A program made the translations under genes and the position numbers. Positions 37,800 through 50,065 of a DNA stretch of 51,986 nt are shown in pieces. Within the stretch, counting starts at the first letter, position 1. Each line of letters starts with the position of its first letter. This DNA comes from Octopus bimaculoides (Eukaryota), in NCBI RefSeq assembly GCF_001194135.2, contig NC_068981.1, positions 141,274,017 to 141,326,002 of the forward strand, written 5' to 3'. Under the pieces are notes generated by a model that did not search any database, was not told the origin of the DNA, and was given only the letters and a program-made list of their open reading frames with translations.

Positions 37800-38139
37800 T
37801 TTTGATTTGACTGCAGCTACGCTGGTGCACCGCCTTTAGTCGAACAAATTTATACCAGGACTTATTCTCTGTAATCCTAGAACTTATTCTATCGGCTCTT
37901 TTTGCCGAAGCACTAGTTGATGGTCAAGCGATGGTGCGAGGACAAACACAGACACACAAACATATATATATATATATTCGATGGGCTTCTTTCAGTTTCC
38001 GTCTACCAAAACCACTTTCAAGGCTTTGGTCGGCCCGAGACTATAGTACAAGACACTTGCTCAAGGTGCCATGCAGTGGGAGTGAAGCTGGAATCATGTG
38101 GTCGGTTAGCAAACTACTTACCATATAACCAATCATGCG
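37800..38139 (-). mobile_element. CORE-type SINE, near full length
   Basis: Contains tail GATTTGACTGCAGCTACGCTGG, body GGTCAAGCGATGG, GGGCTTCTTTCAGTTTCCGTCTACC and CAAGACACTTGCTCAAGGTGCCATGCAGTGGG. Confidence 0.85.
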
Positions 38140-38154
38140 TCTGAAGGATGATGG

Positions 38155-38309
38155 TGTGAGTTTCATTCAGTTTCTGTCTACCAAATACACTCACAAGGTT
38201 TTGGTCAGATAGGTGCTATAGTAGAAGATACTCACCCAAGATGCCACGCAGTGGGACTGAACCCGGAAACATGTGGTCGGGAAGCAAGCTTCTTACCACA
38301 CAGCCACTC
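38155..38309 (-). mobile_element. CORE-type SINE, 5' half, in tandem with the previous copy
   Basis: CAGTTTCTGTCTACCAAATACACTCACAAGG...GCCACGCAGTGGGACTGAACCCGGAAACATGTGG...CTTACCACACAGCCAC. Confidence 0.85.
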
Positions 38310-38355
38310 ACCCAAAACGGATAGTATTAAAAATTCATCACGGCTGATCTGAGCA

Positions 38356-38436
38356 ATCGGTTTCGCGTAAAGAATATAATGGAGTGTTACGTAACAATCT
38401 GATTATATAACTTTACGCGCATCAGAATTAACCGAT
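38356..38436. repeat. Imperfect loop-less palindrome centred on TGTTACGTAACA
   Basis: Nested arm pairs ATCGGTT/AACCGAT, CGCGTAAAG/CTTTACGCG and TATAAT/ATTATA surround a perfect 12-bp centre at 38385-38396. Confidence 0.85.
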
Positions 38437-38785
38437 ATGGAAGTGAATATGGTGACTGCTCCCTTTTGTCGGAGGTGGATCCGCACAACCGGTAAGCGGC
38501 TGCTGTGAAAAAAGGTGGTGAAGGGGAAAAGGGCCAGGAGATTGGATTAGGAGTTATGTACCTTGGTTGGGTATGTTGTGAAACCGGGAAGAGTTATCTT
38601 GAAGTGGACAACGTATCTATCGTTAATGTGGTGTTCGGGTTGGAGTGGGGGTCTATGATATGTTTAGTGGTCTCATATGCATAATATTTTTTTTTGGGGG
38701 GGGGTGTAAGTATAAATAGCTGTGTTCGTTGGTCTGTTTTCTTTCTGTAAAGGATAAAGCCGTGTTTTTTATGTCAACGTGCGGT

Positions 38786-38847
38786 GTGTAATGTGTGTAT
38801 AAGTGTAATGTGTGTATAAGTGTAATGTGTGTATAAGTGTAATGTGT
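38786..38847. repeat. 17-bp minisatellite (GTGTAATGTGTGTATAA) x3.6
   Basis: Three perfect units start at 38786, 38803 and 38820, followed by a partial fourth. Confidence 0.9.
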
Positions 38848-40034
38848 CCGTGTATGTGTGTGTCTGTGTATGTGGCGGGTATGTGTATGTGTAGGGGTAC
38901 AATTATTGTTCAGGAGGTTGTGTTGGGGGTGGAGGGGTGTCCGCCTAATAGGGTTGTGCGTGTGTATACATGAGTGCATTGGTGTGTGCTTTAGTCAAAC
39001 TCTTTTTTGGGTGGACCTGAGGGCATTAGTGGAAGGTCGTTGGTGGAGGGTCGGGTCAGGGGACCTGTGATTGCAGTCATAGTGGGGCGTGCAGATACGA
39101 TAAGATGTACTTCCTTTCATGCGGGCAAGAATTAAAAACCTCACACCTGCTATTCAGTTAGACATCCAGGATATCTACATGCATACATACATACATACAT
39201 ACATACATGCCTGCATGTATATGTGTATGTATACGTGTATGTATATGTTTTTTAAGTGATTTAAATTCTTCCTCTGATGAGGAGGCTGGTTTCGAACAAA
39301 ACTACAAAGCTACATCTTTAGAACGTAGATGACTAAAACAATGTCACATTTTAAATATTGCATAATTTTACCATTCCGCTTACAGATAGTATTTGTAATG
39401 AACGAATCAGTTGGTTGACTTCTTTTTCTCAAAATTTGAGGTAATCTAAACTGACAGATATTTACTTATAAAACCAAGTGCTTCAAATATTATTGGTATA
39501 AATGTAAATTTGTAAACTGGATATAGTATACTTATCTCGTTTCTCCTTGATTTTCAAATAGATATTCACATCTACAGGACAGCTGACCACCATCACGGTA
39601 CATGCTTTATCAAAAATATCCGGCATGATAAGCTTACACTTAACAGGCGTTTTAAAAGGAAAATTCCACCAGTATTCCTTGTGATGTTATTAGTGCACGT
39701 ATTCAATAACTGGGGGATTCTCTATAATTATTCCAGGAGAGTCTTTTTTTTCCGAGTGGCATTGTTTATTGTTTTTGCGACAAAATCATATAGCATAGGG
39801 AGGTACTACATTTAAGACATTTTTGAGCAGCTGCTAATCACATGTGTGATATCTTCCACTTAAATATGACATAATCTACATTTCCGGTTGCCTCCTGGAA
39901 CTCCATAAGTATTTAGTAGCAGTCTCCTAAACTTCGGCTGCAAATGCAACACCTTTGAAGTGTGATGTAGCAGTTACGATTTCAATAGGGGCTTCATTAA
40001 GTCTGCAAGAACCATACCAATGCATGGTCTGTTT

Positions 40035-40626
40035 TGGTACCTTGAGCGACTGCAGCACAACTAAAGCATTTTATAGTGGATTAGTGGAGGGCAGGTACGA
40101 CGACGATCTCGGGGCGAGCTTGGGCGTCGACGAGGAATACCTGACCCTCCTGTTCAAGACGACTTTCGGGCCGAAACCTACGGACAATTTCCAGAGATCT
40201 CTGGCCTGGCAGTGCTATCGGGAAGTGCTACCCGTTCGGGATAAGCTCTACAGGCATGGCTCGCGAAACACGGGGCCGACCTGCCCGAGATGCGGTCAGA
40301 GCGGCGAAACTGTTCTGTACGCACTCGAAACGTGTCCAACGATTTCCAACCTGTGGGGCTATGTGGAACGACTGATATCGCATGTGGGACGAGTCAGTTT
40401 ATCAACCGAGTCTATCGTCAATATTGTCGTGCCTCCTTCCTGCAAACGGGAAGGAAGACCATTTTCATCATACTTCTGGCTATGGCGAAAGAATATGTAT
40501 GGTAGACGCTCCTGAAAGGTATAGAGACAAATACTCTTCTCTCTTGTGAATCTCTCATCAACTTCTTCAAGTATCACTTGAAGAGGAAGGTGAGAGTAGA
40601 GAAGGAAGCTTTGTCTAGTGAAAGGT
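40035..40626 (+). mobile_element. L1/Tx1-clade LINE ORF2 C-terminal fragment (zf-RVT region)
   Basis: The translation includes FQRSLAWQCYREVLPVRDKLYRHG and CPRCGQSGETVLYALETCPTISNLWGYVERL (Cys knuckle, with His replaced by Tyr). After a frameshift it continues FIILLAMAKEYVW*...FFKYHLKRKVRVEK. GC content rises abruptly at the boundaries. Confidence 0.85.
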
Positions 40627-41474
40627 TACAATTTTAATATCAAAGATCCCTATGGATCACACAGGTTGTAATCCTTTGAAACATATGTAGGAATAAAGTA
40701 TGCAATTATAACATGCGTTTTCTCCAATCCTTAAATTCTTAAATATACTCAAATACCCAAAATTTCAAGGAGCTCCTGCCTTAAAAACAGGAGCTAACCA
40801 CAGTTATTTTGTGTTCTTTGCTACATTGGTTTCTATTAACCCATTTATTCTATCAGAAGAATTTTTATTCATTAAGATAGAAGAAATACACATAATTATA
40901 TATATATATACAGACACACACATACACTTCCTGGCAATTTTCTGCCTTGTATCCATGATTTTTTTTCTTTTTCCCACTGATCACGCGTGCGTGGCGTACT
41001 ATACAGAAAGTTTATTATTTACGACAGGAAAAGGCCAAATTCAAATTATCCTTATATGAGGAAATTATATGATCTCGCTAAAACACACGAATCTGCTTTT
41101 TATAGAAACAAGCGTTACAAAACATAGTAAATACATAAATATAGTTATTCCATTGATCTCTCAAAAAAAAAAAGAAAAAAAAAACAACGTAGTGGGACAG
41201 ATATGTGTGTGTAATGAAGATATCATTCCATGGCAACAGATCTGGAGAGCGGTATTTTGTAATTAGCGTGGGCATTTATATTTGGTATGAAACATGTGAA
41301 TATTTCACAAGCCGAGACACTTGCACACATATGCAAGCACATACCGATATATGCAAAAGCGCATACAAACTTCCACAAAATCATATTTAGCAGGTACAGG
41401 GGAAGAAACACCAAAAGAAAGTTGATGCAAAAAGCGGATGGGTGAAAATAAGCGGAAAAGAAAATTCTTCAACA

Positions 41475-41540
41475 TGGTGTCCCAGTATGGCCGCTGTCTA
41501 ATGACTGAAACTAGATAAAGAAGAAAAGAATAAAAGAACC
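41475..41540 (+). mobile_element. SINE 3' tail fragment
   Basis: CCAGTATGGCCGCTGTCTAATGACTGAAACTAGATAAAAGAAGAAAAGAATAAAAGAA matches the reverse complement of the SINE tails at 5777 and 5913. Confidence 0.7.
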
Positions 41541-42043
41541 TTAAACAGAAACATTTTTGAAATTGTTTGAAATGAAAAAAATCCAATTCCCTAAATATAT
41601 TAAAATGTATTGAAGCTTTCAATTTACTTTAATTTGTTAAAAACTCATTGAAGCTATATTTCTATATAAGTTTACCACCATGGGATATGAGAAACAGGAG
41701 AAATTATAATTTCCTAAATTCATCACGGAATGTTGTTATAAATATGACAATGAATAAATAAATATCTAGGATGTGATGCACAGATACCTTTCATCTTCTT
41801 AATTATTTACCACGATGAAAATTTGATATGAAAATGTATTTTAACGCCTATCAATATGTCTGTAAACTTAGATTTCTGATCGAATCTGTAAGATATTTGT
41901 TTCTTTCATAATTGTATATATTAAATAATCTTGTCGCATAACTCTGTTTGCATACTACAGCACATTTTAGAGTGTGAAAATATTCCGAGCAGCAGTGTAT
42001 TTTGGTATATTTAACTTATAATTAGTGTCTGTATTTGCATATA

Positions 42044-42097
<54 letters not shown>

Positions 42098-42669
42098 TAT
42101 ATAAAAGAAAAAATGACTGATGGCTGGTGAATGTCACTGCTTGTGTATGATTTAAATGATCGTGCTAAACAGATCATATATCAGGTGTTCGTGCATCAAC
42201 GGAACAATGTCTTAAAAAAACCTAGTAATTTTATCTAGTATAACTTCATGGAAATCAGACAAGTTGTGATGACTCAACGCACAGAATACACTCAGCCACC
42301 CCACAGTCATATTTTGTTGTAATTAATTGCATAGATACACCATCACAGCACACACACACACACACACATACACACACAAACACACACACACACGCACGCG
42401 CGCGCACACACACATACACACAGATTTGTAAATGTATGCATTTATCTATATATGGACTAGTGAATGCGTGATACCTGTGTATACATGCGTGCATGTTTCT
42501 GTATGTATATGTTACGACTATAAGCATCTATAATCATTTATGACAGATGTTATTACAAAGTTATATTGGCATGTAAATGATAACTATACAAATTATGCAA
42601 ATGTATCTGCTTGTATATGCAAAATTATATATACGTACACACACATACACACACGCACACGCGCACGCG

Positions 42670-42712
<43 letters not shown>

Positions 42713-43382
42713 GCCTCTATGTATATCCATGGATATACATACATAAACGCACACACGCACATACATATATATAAAATACATATATATCAAACTGAGTTAT
42801 AATTAAGATTTTTATTTGAGGTTTGTACAGAAGTTATGTAGGCCGGTTGAAAGGATGGTAGGTTGGTCGATAGATAGGGGGAGAGATGTGGGAAATAAAA
42901 TAGATGCAGAGATAACTATGTAAAGGCTGGGGGTTCTTTTAGATCGATTGTTAGATATATGAATGAATTCAGAATTACATAAAACCAAATAGAAATCTGC
43001 TGCATTGGAGAATCAAATTGATGAATGGATAATTATTGAGATAATAAGTATTCAAATTTTAAAGTAGTTCAATATTGAGAGATATTTTCTAATAACGATC
43101 GAAGAATGTAATAGCGATCTGAAGATTGAGTTGCAGATACATTGCAAAATAATTGCTATGCAAATGAAAGATATGGAACATGATGATAAATTGCAGAAAC
43201 GTAAATGAATTCAAACTATTTTGGAAATTCTTACGTGGAAAATGGATATCTCAGTGAACTATTTGTTTCCACTATATCACACAAACTTTGACGATCGGCA
43301 TCTAAAAATATATTCACAGATTTAGAACTCATTATTATCATTATCATCATCATAATCATCATCATTATTATTATTATTATTA

Positions 43383-43446
<64 letters not shown>

Positions 43447-43471
43447 CATTATTATTATTATTATTATTATT

Positions 43472-43717
<246 letters not shown>

Positions 43718-44501
43718 ATTATTATTATTATTGTTGTTGTTATTGTTGTGCTTGTTATTATTCTTACTTAATTTTTGTCTTATGGACTTTTGTTCCCCAA
43801 ATTTTGGATTTGATATAAATCAAGTTTAACTTTGAAACAATACATCGATATGCAATTTACATTATAGCAGACGTAGGTACAAAGCAGTCTAGTAAGAAAT
43901 TCTACCTGCTAAATATAGGTGAAAAAAAAAATAACTCCCTTAAAGCATCCCCTAAATTTTAATCAAGAAGAGAAAACTTGGATATATTAGATCATGGGAA
44001 GGATATTTTCCGGAGTACCGTTGAATATGAATGTGCTCTATAAGGGGAGTTAATAATAAACGTAGCACGCTGGTAAAGTACACAACAATAGGCAAAGTTA
44101 TTTAAGTATAAGGATCGATAGATGACATCCTCTACTGCAATAAACAATGTTAGACTGTGCAGGTATAAGTATTTTAATGTTTTAATAAAAAACCACATCA
44201 AATATAAAGTGTTATGGAAAAGGAAATTGAACTATTGACAGTAAAATGGAGTATTGGATGAAAATTAATAAAGAATCGAATACCCAAGTTTCAGAAAAAA
44301 AAATAAATAAAACTGAGTTTCAGGAAGAAGACGATAATTTACTTTGATATGAAAATTTAAATAATCCAACCCAACCCAATTCTGTAAATCTTTTAATGAT
44401 CGGAAATTATTCCTCTGAGTATTTGATCTTGCTGTTTAAACAAATGTGTAGAGTGATTGTTGTACATTTAGTCCTTATTTCCCGTTGTCTGCTAAATTCA
44501 G

Positions 44502-44584
44502 ACTTAGAGGATATTTCAGTAGAGGTGACACCAAATGATAACTCTGTAACAGGACATTTTCAGCCATCAAAGTACAATGTTTGA
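44502..44584 (+). other. Candidate terminal coding exon ((D)LEDISVEVTPNDNSVTGHFQPSKYNV*)
   Basis: Pyrimidine-rich acceptor CCTTATTTCCCGTTGTCTGCTAAATTCAG, then an open phase-1 frame to TGA, with AATAAA near 44944. No upstream partner exon or homology was recognised. Confidence 0.15.
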
Positions 44585-45936
44585 AAAGTCAGACATTTTC
44601 CTCCTTTATTGCTTGCAAATTTTCACAGAGGAGACCTCTTCATTTTATGTCTTTACGACAAGTTACTAACATAATTTTAGACACCAGTGTACCACCAATA
44701 ATTGATATTTCGAAAATACATTGTCTCTGGATACGCATGAAAACGACGACCACTCATTTTAAAAATCGTTTATTTAATTTATTCTTAAGAAACATTATTT
44801 AGCGCATAAATGCCAGGCAATTTTACCGTTAATAACTGTTTTTAACTCCAGGAAGACTCGTTTGAGCAGATTTTAGACCATCAAGCACGTGTCTAATGCT
44901 TTTCGATCTAATGTAAGAGAATCAAAGCAGTGGCTTTCCAGCAATAAAAGGTTACAAAATTTCAAGCGCTGATGTTTCTTATTTCTCTCTCATATAATGC
45001 CCAGTTTATGTTGCATGATTTCTATCAGCATATACAAGAAGAAACAAGATGATCAGAATTGGAACCTAGGTCGGACAGCAGAAAGCGAAACTACAGTTCA
45101 TAATATAGATTGTAGAAGCCAATTCTACTCTATATTAATCATGAAAATCTGTTAAATATGTATGCATTGTAATGAGTGTCGGTATAGTATGATGTTCTGC
45201 TTAAGTGATAGAAATATTGTTTTAAAATCGCTCGAGGCAGTGACAGAAATAAAAACTGTAATTTTTGACTGCACGAGTTAGTGTATTAATATACGTCACT
45301 TCATGTGCTGATTTAATCGAAGTAAAATAAGAACCAATCACATATTTCAATCAACGTGAGAAGGCATTATTCAAAGTTTGAATAATATTTTTGCTGTACT
45401 TTTGTTTTTCTTTTTCAGAATGTAGTAATACATTTTATTCCTTTCTGAATTATTAGTTGCATATTTTGTATAACTTCACAAATGTTAATTTACTCACTCT
45501 ATATGTAACTAATAATTCGTCACATTATTTCGAAAGAGCTTTTATCAGTAGAACGCACGCACAGGAATTAAAAGGAAATAATTTTCAAAGTTATATTGTA
45601 ACGTTTTCACATAAAGAAGCATAAATCACGAGATCTGTATTTTAGCCATATATTGATGAGAAACATTTCTTTATGTAGGGAGCATTGCACAACGCATCTG
45701 TACGCTGATGTAGTAAGCGAAATTGAAATACGGGTATTCAATTCTGTATTAGTTTTTATTCAATACTCCATTTTACTGTCACTAGTTCAATTTTCTTTTG
45801 CACGACACAATTTCAACATTTTGAAAAGCTTTTATTCTAACAGAGAGAACATTTGACAGCCGAACCAGCGCATACTGTAAATCCGCCTCTGGACGTGTAA
45901 TAGATATTGCCGACACCACAGTATCTTGAAACTTAC

Positions 45937-46045
45937 CTCGGATTTTTCATGGTATATTTGCTGCAAATTTCTTTTGATATTGCAGTTTTACAAAATGCCC
46001 ACCACTCAATTTTGAAACACATTGCATTTTATGTAGTGAGCATCT
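45937..46045 (-). other. Candidate start-codon exon (ATG at 45950, MKNP-R)
   Basis: Acceptor TTCATTTGTTTTCCATAATAG, Kozak-like ACCATGA and strong donor AG|GTAAGT. Confidence 0.18.
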
Positions 46046-46289
46046 CTATTATGGAAAACAAATGAATGAACATTAAATAAATTTCTTTCAACATTATTTT
46101 TGTTACTCACCATTAATACATTATTTGGGCACTAAACAGAAAATTGATAGTAGCTTAGGAAATAGTATTAGTTTGCATTTGCACGCGTCTTAAACATTTC
46201 TGCAAATGAAAATAAAGTTATGATTTGAGATCATATATAATTTATACCCTATTCCCAGAATCCGCTGAGGAAAAACAGTAATACAGAAG

Positions 46290-46490
46290 AAAAGAATATT
46301 GTTAATCCTATTCTTCAGACACCGGTTACTAGGACACAAATACCTCTCATCAATACTCACTGATGACTTGTGGTGCAGCCGTACTCTTCACCGGGCTCCA
46401 CTTTCTTCAGTCTTTGGTGCTGTCACTCCATCTTTGTGTTTGTCACACGCAGTCCGGATTTCTCTACAATCCTCCCTTCGCTGAGTAAGA
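46290..46490 (-). mobile_element. Highly degenerate RTE-type RT fragment (late RT/thumb region)
   Basis: Minus-strand KSGLRVTNTKME, LKKVE and LCPSNRCLKNRI resemble RTE GLxVxxxKTEYM, LxKVxxFKY and LCDxRxPLKLK motifs. Confidence 0.35.
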
Positions 46491-47299
46491 CCGATTCTAA
46501 ATATGACGAAAATATTTGAAGGATACGATTCAGGCATTATCGACAAGGTGATACACGAGATGCGCCATATAAGTTCGTCATTATTGCACGGGAATTCTTG
46601 AAATGAATACATGCCTTGTCTTTTCTCAACACCAGTTTATAGCTACTTGTGATTAAACCACTCCTACAATAACATTGTTATTCTTAAATTACGCCGACCT
46701 AAACGTTAACTATTTACCGTATAGTTATTGTTTTAAGTGAATTTCGATAATACGATTATTTTTAATAGAAATTATGAAACTTTATAAGAATATAATAAGT
46801 TACAATATGTAATTAAACTATATGCTTAATACTTTATATATAAATGAAAGAGGAAACTTACATTATTTCGTCGTTCAAAATAAATTAGTATAACATATAT
46901 AAACATATAGTAAAACAGTGGAATCCAAGCAATATAGTTATCATTTTATGAGCAAATGATAATAGACAACATTCAAGAAGACAAATTAGTAGTTATGGGA
47001 AAACCACAATTTTTCCATTTTAAAAGTGTTTTGCTTTTCTTTCTCCTCCATAGCATTGTATCTCTAATAAAATTATTTTTCTTAACTTTTGCATAGGAAG
47101 TATTATATCAGGTTTCCTTAAATATATATATATATATATATAAGTAAAATGTGTTTATAAGTTTATGTGTTTATTCTCAGAATTGGCTTTAAAACTGTAG
47201 CAAGTGATATGATAGATCTGCCCTGCAATGATTTCATCGTACTGAAGGCTATAGAAAAGGACCTCTGAACATTACTTATATAATGCATCTACGGGTAGT

Positions 47300-47660
47300 A
47301 GGATATAGATAGGTTATCCACATCTCACAGGTATGACACTCCTACCTCAAAAATGGTGGTTTCTCCTGTCATATCAGCTATCTCTAATAAGATCCACGTT
47401 ATAGTATGGAAGCAGGAAAGTAAAGGGAATGATGTTCTGTTAAACTTCTTCGATAGACTCAGGTCGAAGTGGTTAACATTTGTAAAGAAGACTAAGAAGT
47501 CTAACATAATCGCTCCAAGAAAACAACCACCAACTATTCCTCCCAACCGTAGGTAGTGTCATTGACAGTCCCCTTCAATACTATTGTTCACAACCCTAGG
47601 TAGTGCCGCATCAAAACTGAAACCCTGTCAGTCAAGCCTGTCGATTACGTTTAGAAGCAC
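47300..47660 (-). mobile_element. Highly degenerate RTE-type RT fragment (domains 2-4)
   Basis: QGFS, LVFFTNVNHFDLS and DMTGETTIFEVGV fall in the order and approximate spacing of QNGFR, FVDFxKAFDS and DGETxxFxIxxGV. Confidence 0.4.
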
Positions 47661-48315
47661 ATCAACATCAGTAATAATCATTCAAATAAAAGGGAATTAG
47701 TCATGAGTTATTCAAAGAGTACATACGATCATCAGCAATGAAGTTCTGTGACAAAGACTGGATCCAGTTAAATACGGAATTTAGAAATTTCAGAATCGCA
47801 TTCCAGGTATCGAGTGTATGTGGGATGAAATTCAATTTTGAAAAACTTTGAATTACTTTAAACGAAGTCTCAATATTTCAAAAATATTTCATCATATATT
47901 TAATATTATTATATTTATCTGTCTGAAATCTATATCTGGGGTATTCATGTACTTTAGAATGTAAACTATTTATTAAAATTATTTCTTCTGGTGACAGGCA
48001 ACAGTCCTAGTTAGCTAATTTTGATGCTAATTTTTTGTTCAATATGTCTTTTAATTTTCTTTTCTTTTTTAAATTTGAGCTAATTTATAACTCAAGTTTT
48101 TATCCTGATAACATAGTCATCCATCTCCATCCTTTTTACCATCACCATCACCATCATCATTTGTCATACTTTTGTTCTTCATTTTTATTTTCAATTCATC
48201 GTACTTCGTTGAGATTATTCTAAAAATTAATTTTTATCCTTTAACATTTTTGAGTTAAATTGAATAAATATTTAATATTTATTCAATTATAAACCGTTTT
48301 ATTTCACAAGAGCAA

Positions 48316-48494
48316 GTCGCAATTATTGTGACACTCTTAATTATTTTATTTGTGTGGCAATTACTGTGACAATATTAATTAACTTTTACCGATTCTTATT
48401 TCAGTTACTCATTACTCATTCCAATTTCGTTTTATTTGTGCGGTAATTATTGTGACAATCTTAATTAACAATTCACCGATTCTCATTTCAGTTA
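48316..48494. repeat. Degenerate tandem repeat with three copies of an AATTAYTGTGACA core
   Basis: Cores lie near 48318, 48357 and 48442. The last two units (48343-48407 and 48429-48494) align over ~65 bp with an 86-bp period. Confidence 0.8.
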
Positions 48495-49136
48495 TGTGAT
48501 TTCTCTCATGTGTATTTATTAGGAATATCGCTTGATGATATGAACGGATGCGAGTTTCCTTCCTACAAGCAAGCATTCCGATACTTCTAAAATCTTCATG
48601 ATCAGGAAAAAAAAAAATACAAAACACAACGCTCCCAGGAACTCATTTTGTGGAAGGACGTTCTGCATAAAAATAAAAATAAAAAACAGCTCATAACACA
48701 ATCGCAATATCACACGCTTCAACAAACTAGAAAATGTTTTCGGAAAGCGCTCTAGTTTAAAATGCATGCATAAGCGATAGACATTAAAAAATAAAGAAAA
48801 GATAATAATGTATTTCAGATCGCGGTCGTTTTTGTGACATCACCAACACGGATTCTGAGATGTTCCTCGACTATCGAGTGAATTGCGAGTTTCTTTAACA
48901 GAAACGTCATAAAGAACCAGCAAATTCAAATAGAAGTTTAAAGTTAAATTCTGTATACAAATTCGAGTGAAAGAATAAGGAAACGAACTGAAAACTATGA
49001 ACAAGCTGGGGATAATGTAGTTTTAATGCTATAAAAAAGCCTGGCATATCAGGTGCGAGTTTCAAGGAATACCCATGCGAATTGCATATCGCGAGAATAT
49101 ATCGGCCATTGATTCATTCTTGTAATTTGCTTCCAG

Positions 49137-49228
49137 ATCACATCTGTCACTGGTGTCGCGAAAACATTGTCAAAGATAGAAAATACAAACGCAATCTTAT
49201 GAAATCTGAAATAATATGGAACGACTGA
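49137..49228 (+). other. Candidate terminal coding exon ((D)HICHWCRENIVKDRKYKRNLMKSEIIWND*)
   Basis: Good acceptor TTCATTCTTGTAATTTGCTTCCAG with an open phase-1 frame to TGA. An alternative frame (ITSVTGVAKTLSKIENTNAIL*) is also open. No homology was recognised. Confidence 0.15.
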
Positions 49229-49846
49229 TTGAGTAAAGGGTACGTGATTCGGCAACAACTCCTGCTATAGTGGATGTTATCACAGATACGAGCAAGCAAA
49301 CACCAGGTGCTATACTCCGTGATACCGAACGATTTTTGTAACATCCCTATCTACAGAATCAGGTGAATTAGAAATTTTGATTTTCAAAACCATTCGTAGT
49401 TATTTATCTAGCATTGACTATCTGCGGTTGCTGGTCCCTTAGGAACAAGGAATTCGAGTTTGTTTTTTTACTCTCCTGTTCTTGTGTAAATGAAAGCATA
49501 TACATTTTGTCTATACAAGATTTAGAGAATGAAGATTTTATTTTTCCTGTCCACGCAATCAGGAAGCCGGCTATTCATTATTGTACAAGCCGGAGAAGTT
49601 AATGGGTTTAAAGACTTTATATGGCTTTGCTTCGATTGGAGTATTTGCAGAATATTCGGTTCATGAGAATTTTCTGATAGAGGGCGGGAAGTATTGGAAT
49701 AAAAAAGAATGCTAACAACGAATATAGGAGATTCTACCCAACACCTCAGTTGCGACATAACGGTTACCAATAAGCTCCATATTTTTGACGTCAAATTCTG
49801 TATGAAACCAATTTTGTGTTATTGTCTCCAATATTACACTAGTGTA

Positions 49847-50065
49847 AAGGCAGTGAGCTGACAGAATCCTTACTGCCCCGGGAAAATGCTTAGCGTCATT
49901 TCTTCCAACATTACGTTCTGAGTTCGAATGTCGCCGGAGTCTACTTTGTATTTCGTCCTTTCGGGGTCGACAGAATATGTACCTGTCGAACAATTGAGCC
50001 AGTATAATGAACTTACCCACTTCCTCGAATTTCTTGGCCTTGTGCCAAAATTTGAAATCAGTATT
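49847..50065 (+). mobile_element. Second-family tRNA-derived SINE, full length, diverged
   Basis: AAGGCAGTGAGCTGACAGAATC...TTACGTTCTGAGTTCGAAT (B box)...CCTTTCGGGGTCGA...GGCCTTGTGCCAAAATTTGAAATCA. Confidence 0.85.

Noticed and set aside
39264-39300. Hammerhead-like CTGATGA-GGAGGCTGGTTTC-GAAC
   Set aside because: Stem II is plausible, but A15.1 is C and no complementary stem I or stem III could be formed. At most it is a decayed relic.
45400-45450. Very strong plus-strand polypyrimidine acceptor TTTTGTTTTTCTTTTTTCAG
   Set aside because: All three frames close within 12 codons, and T-rich tracts are common here.
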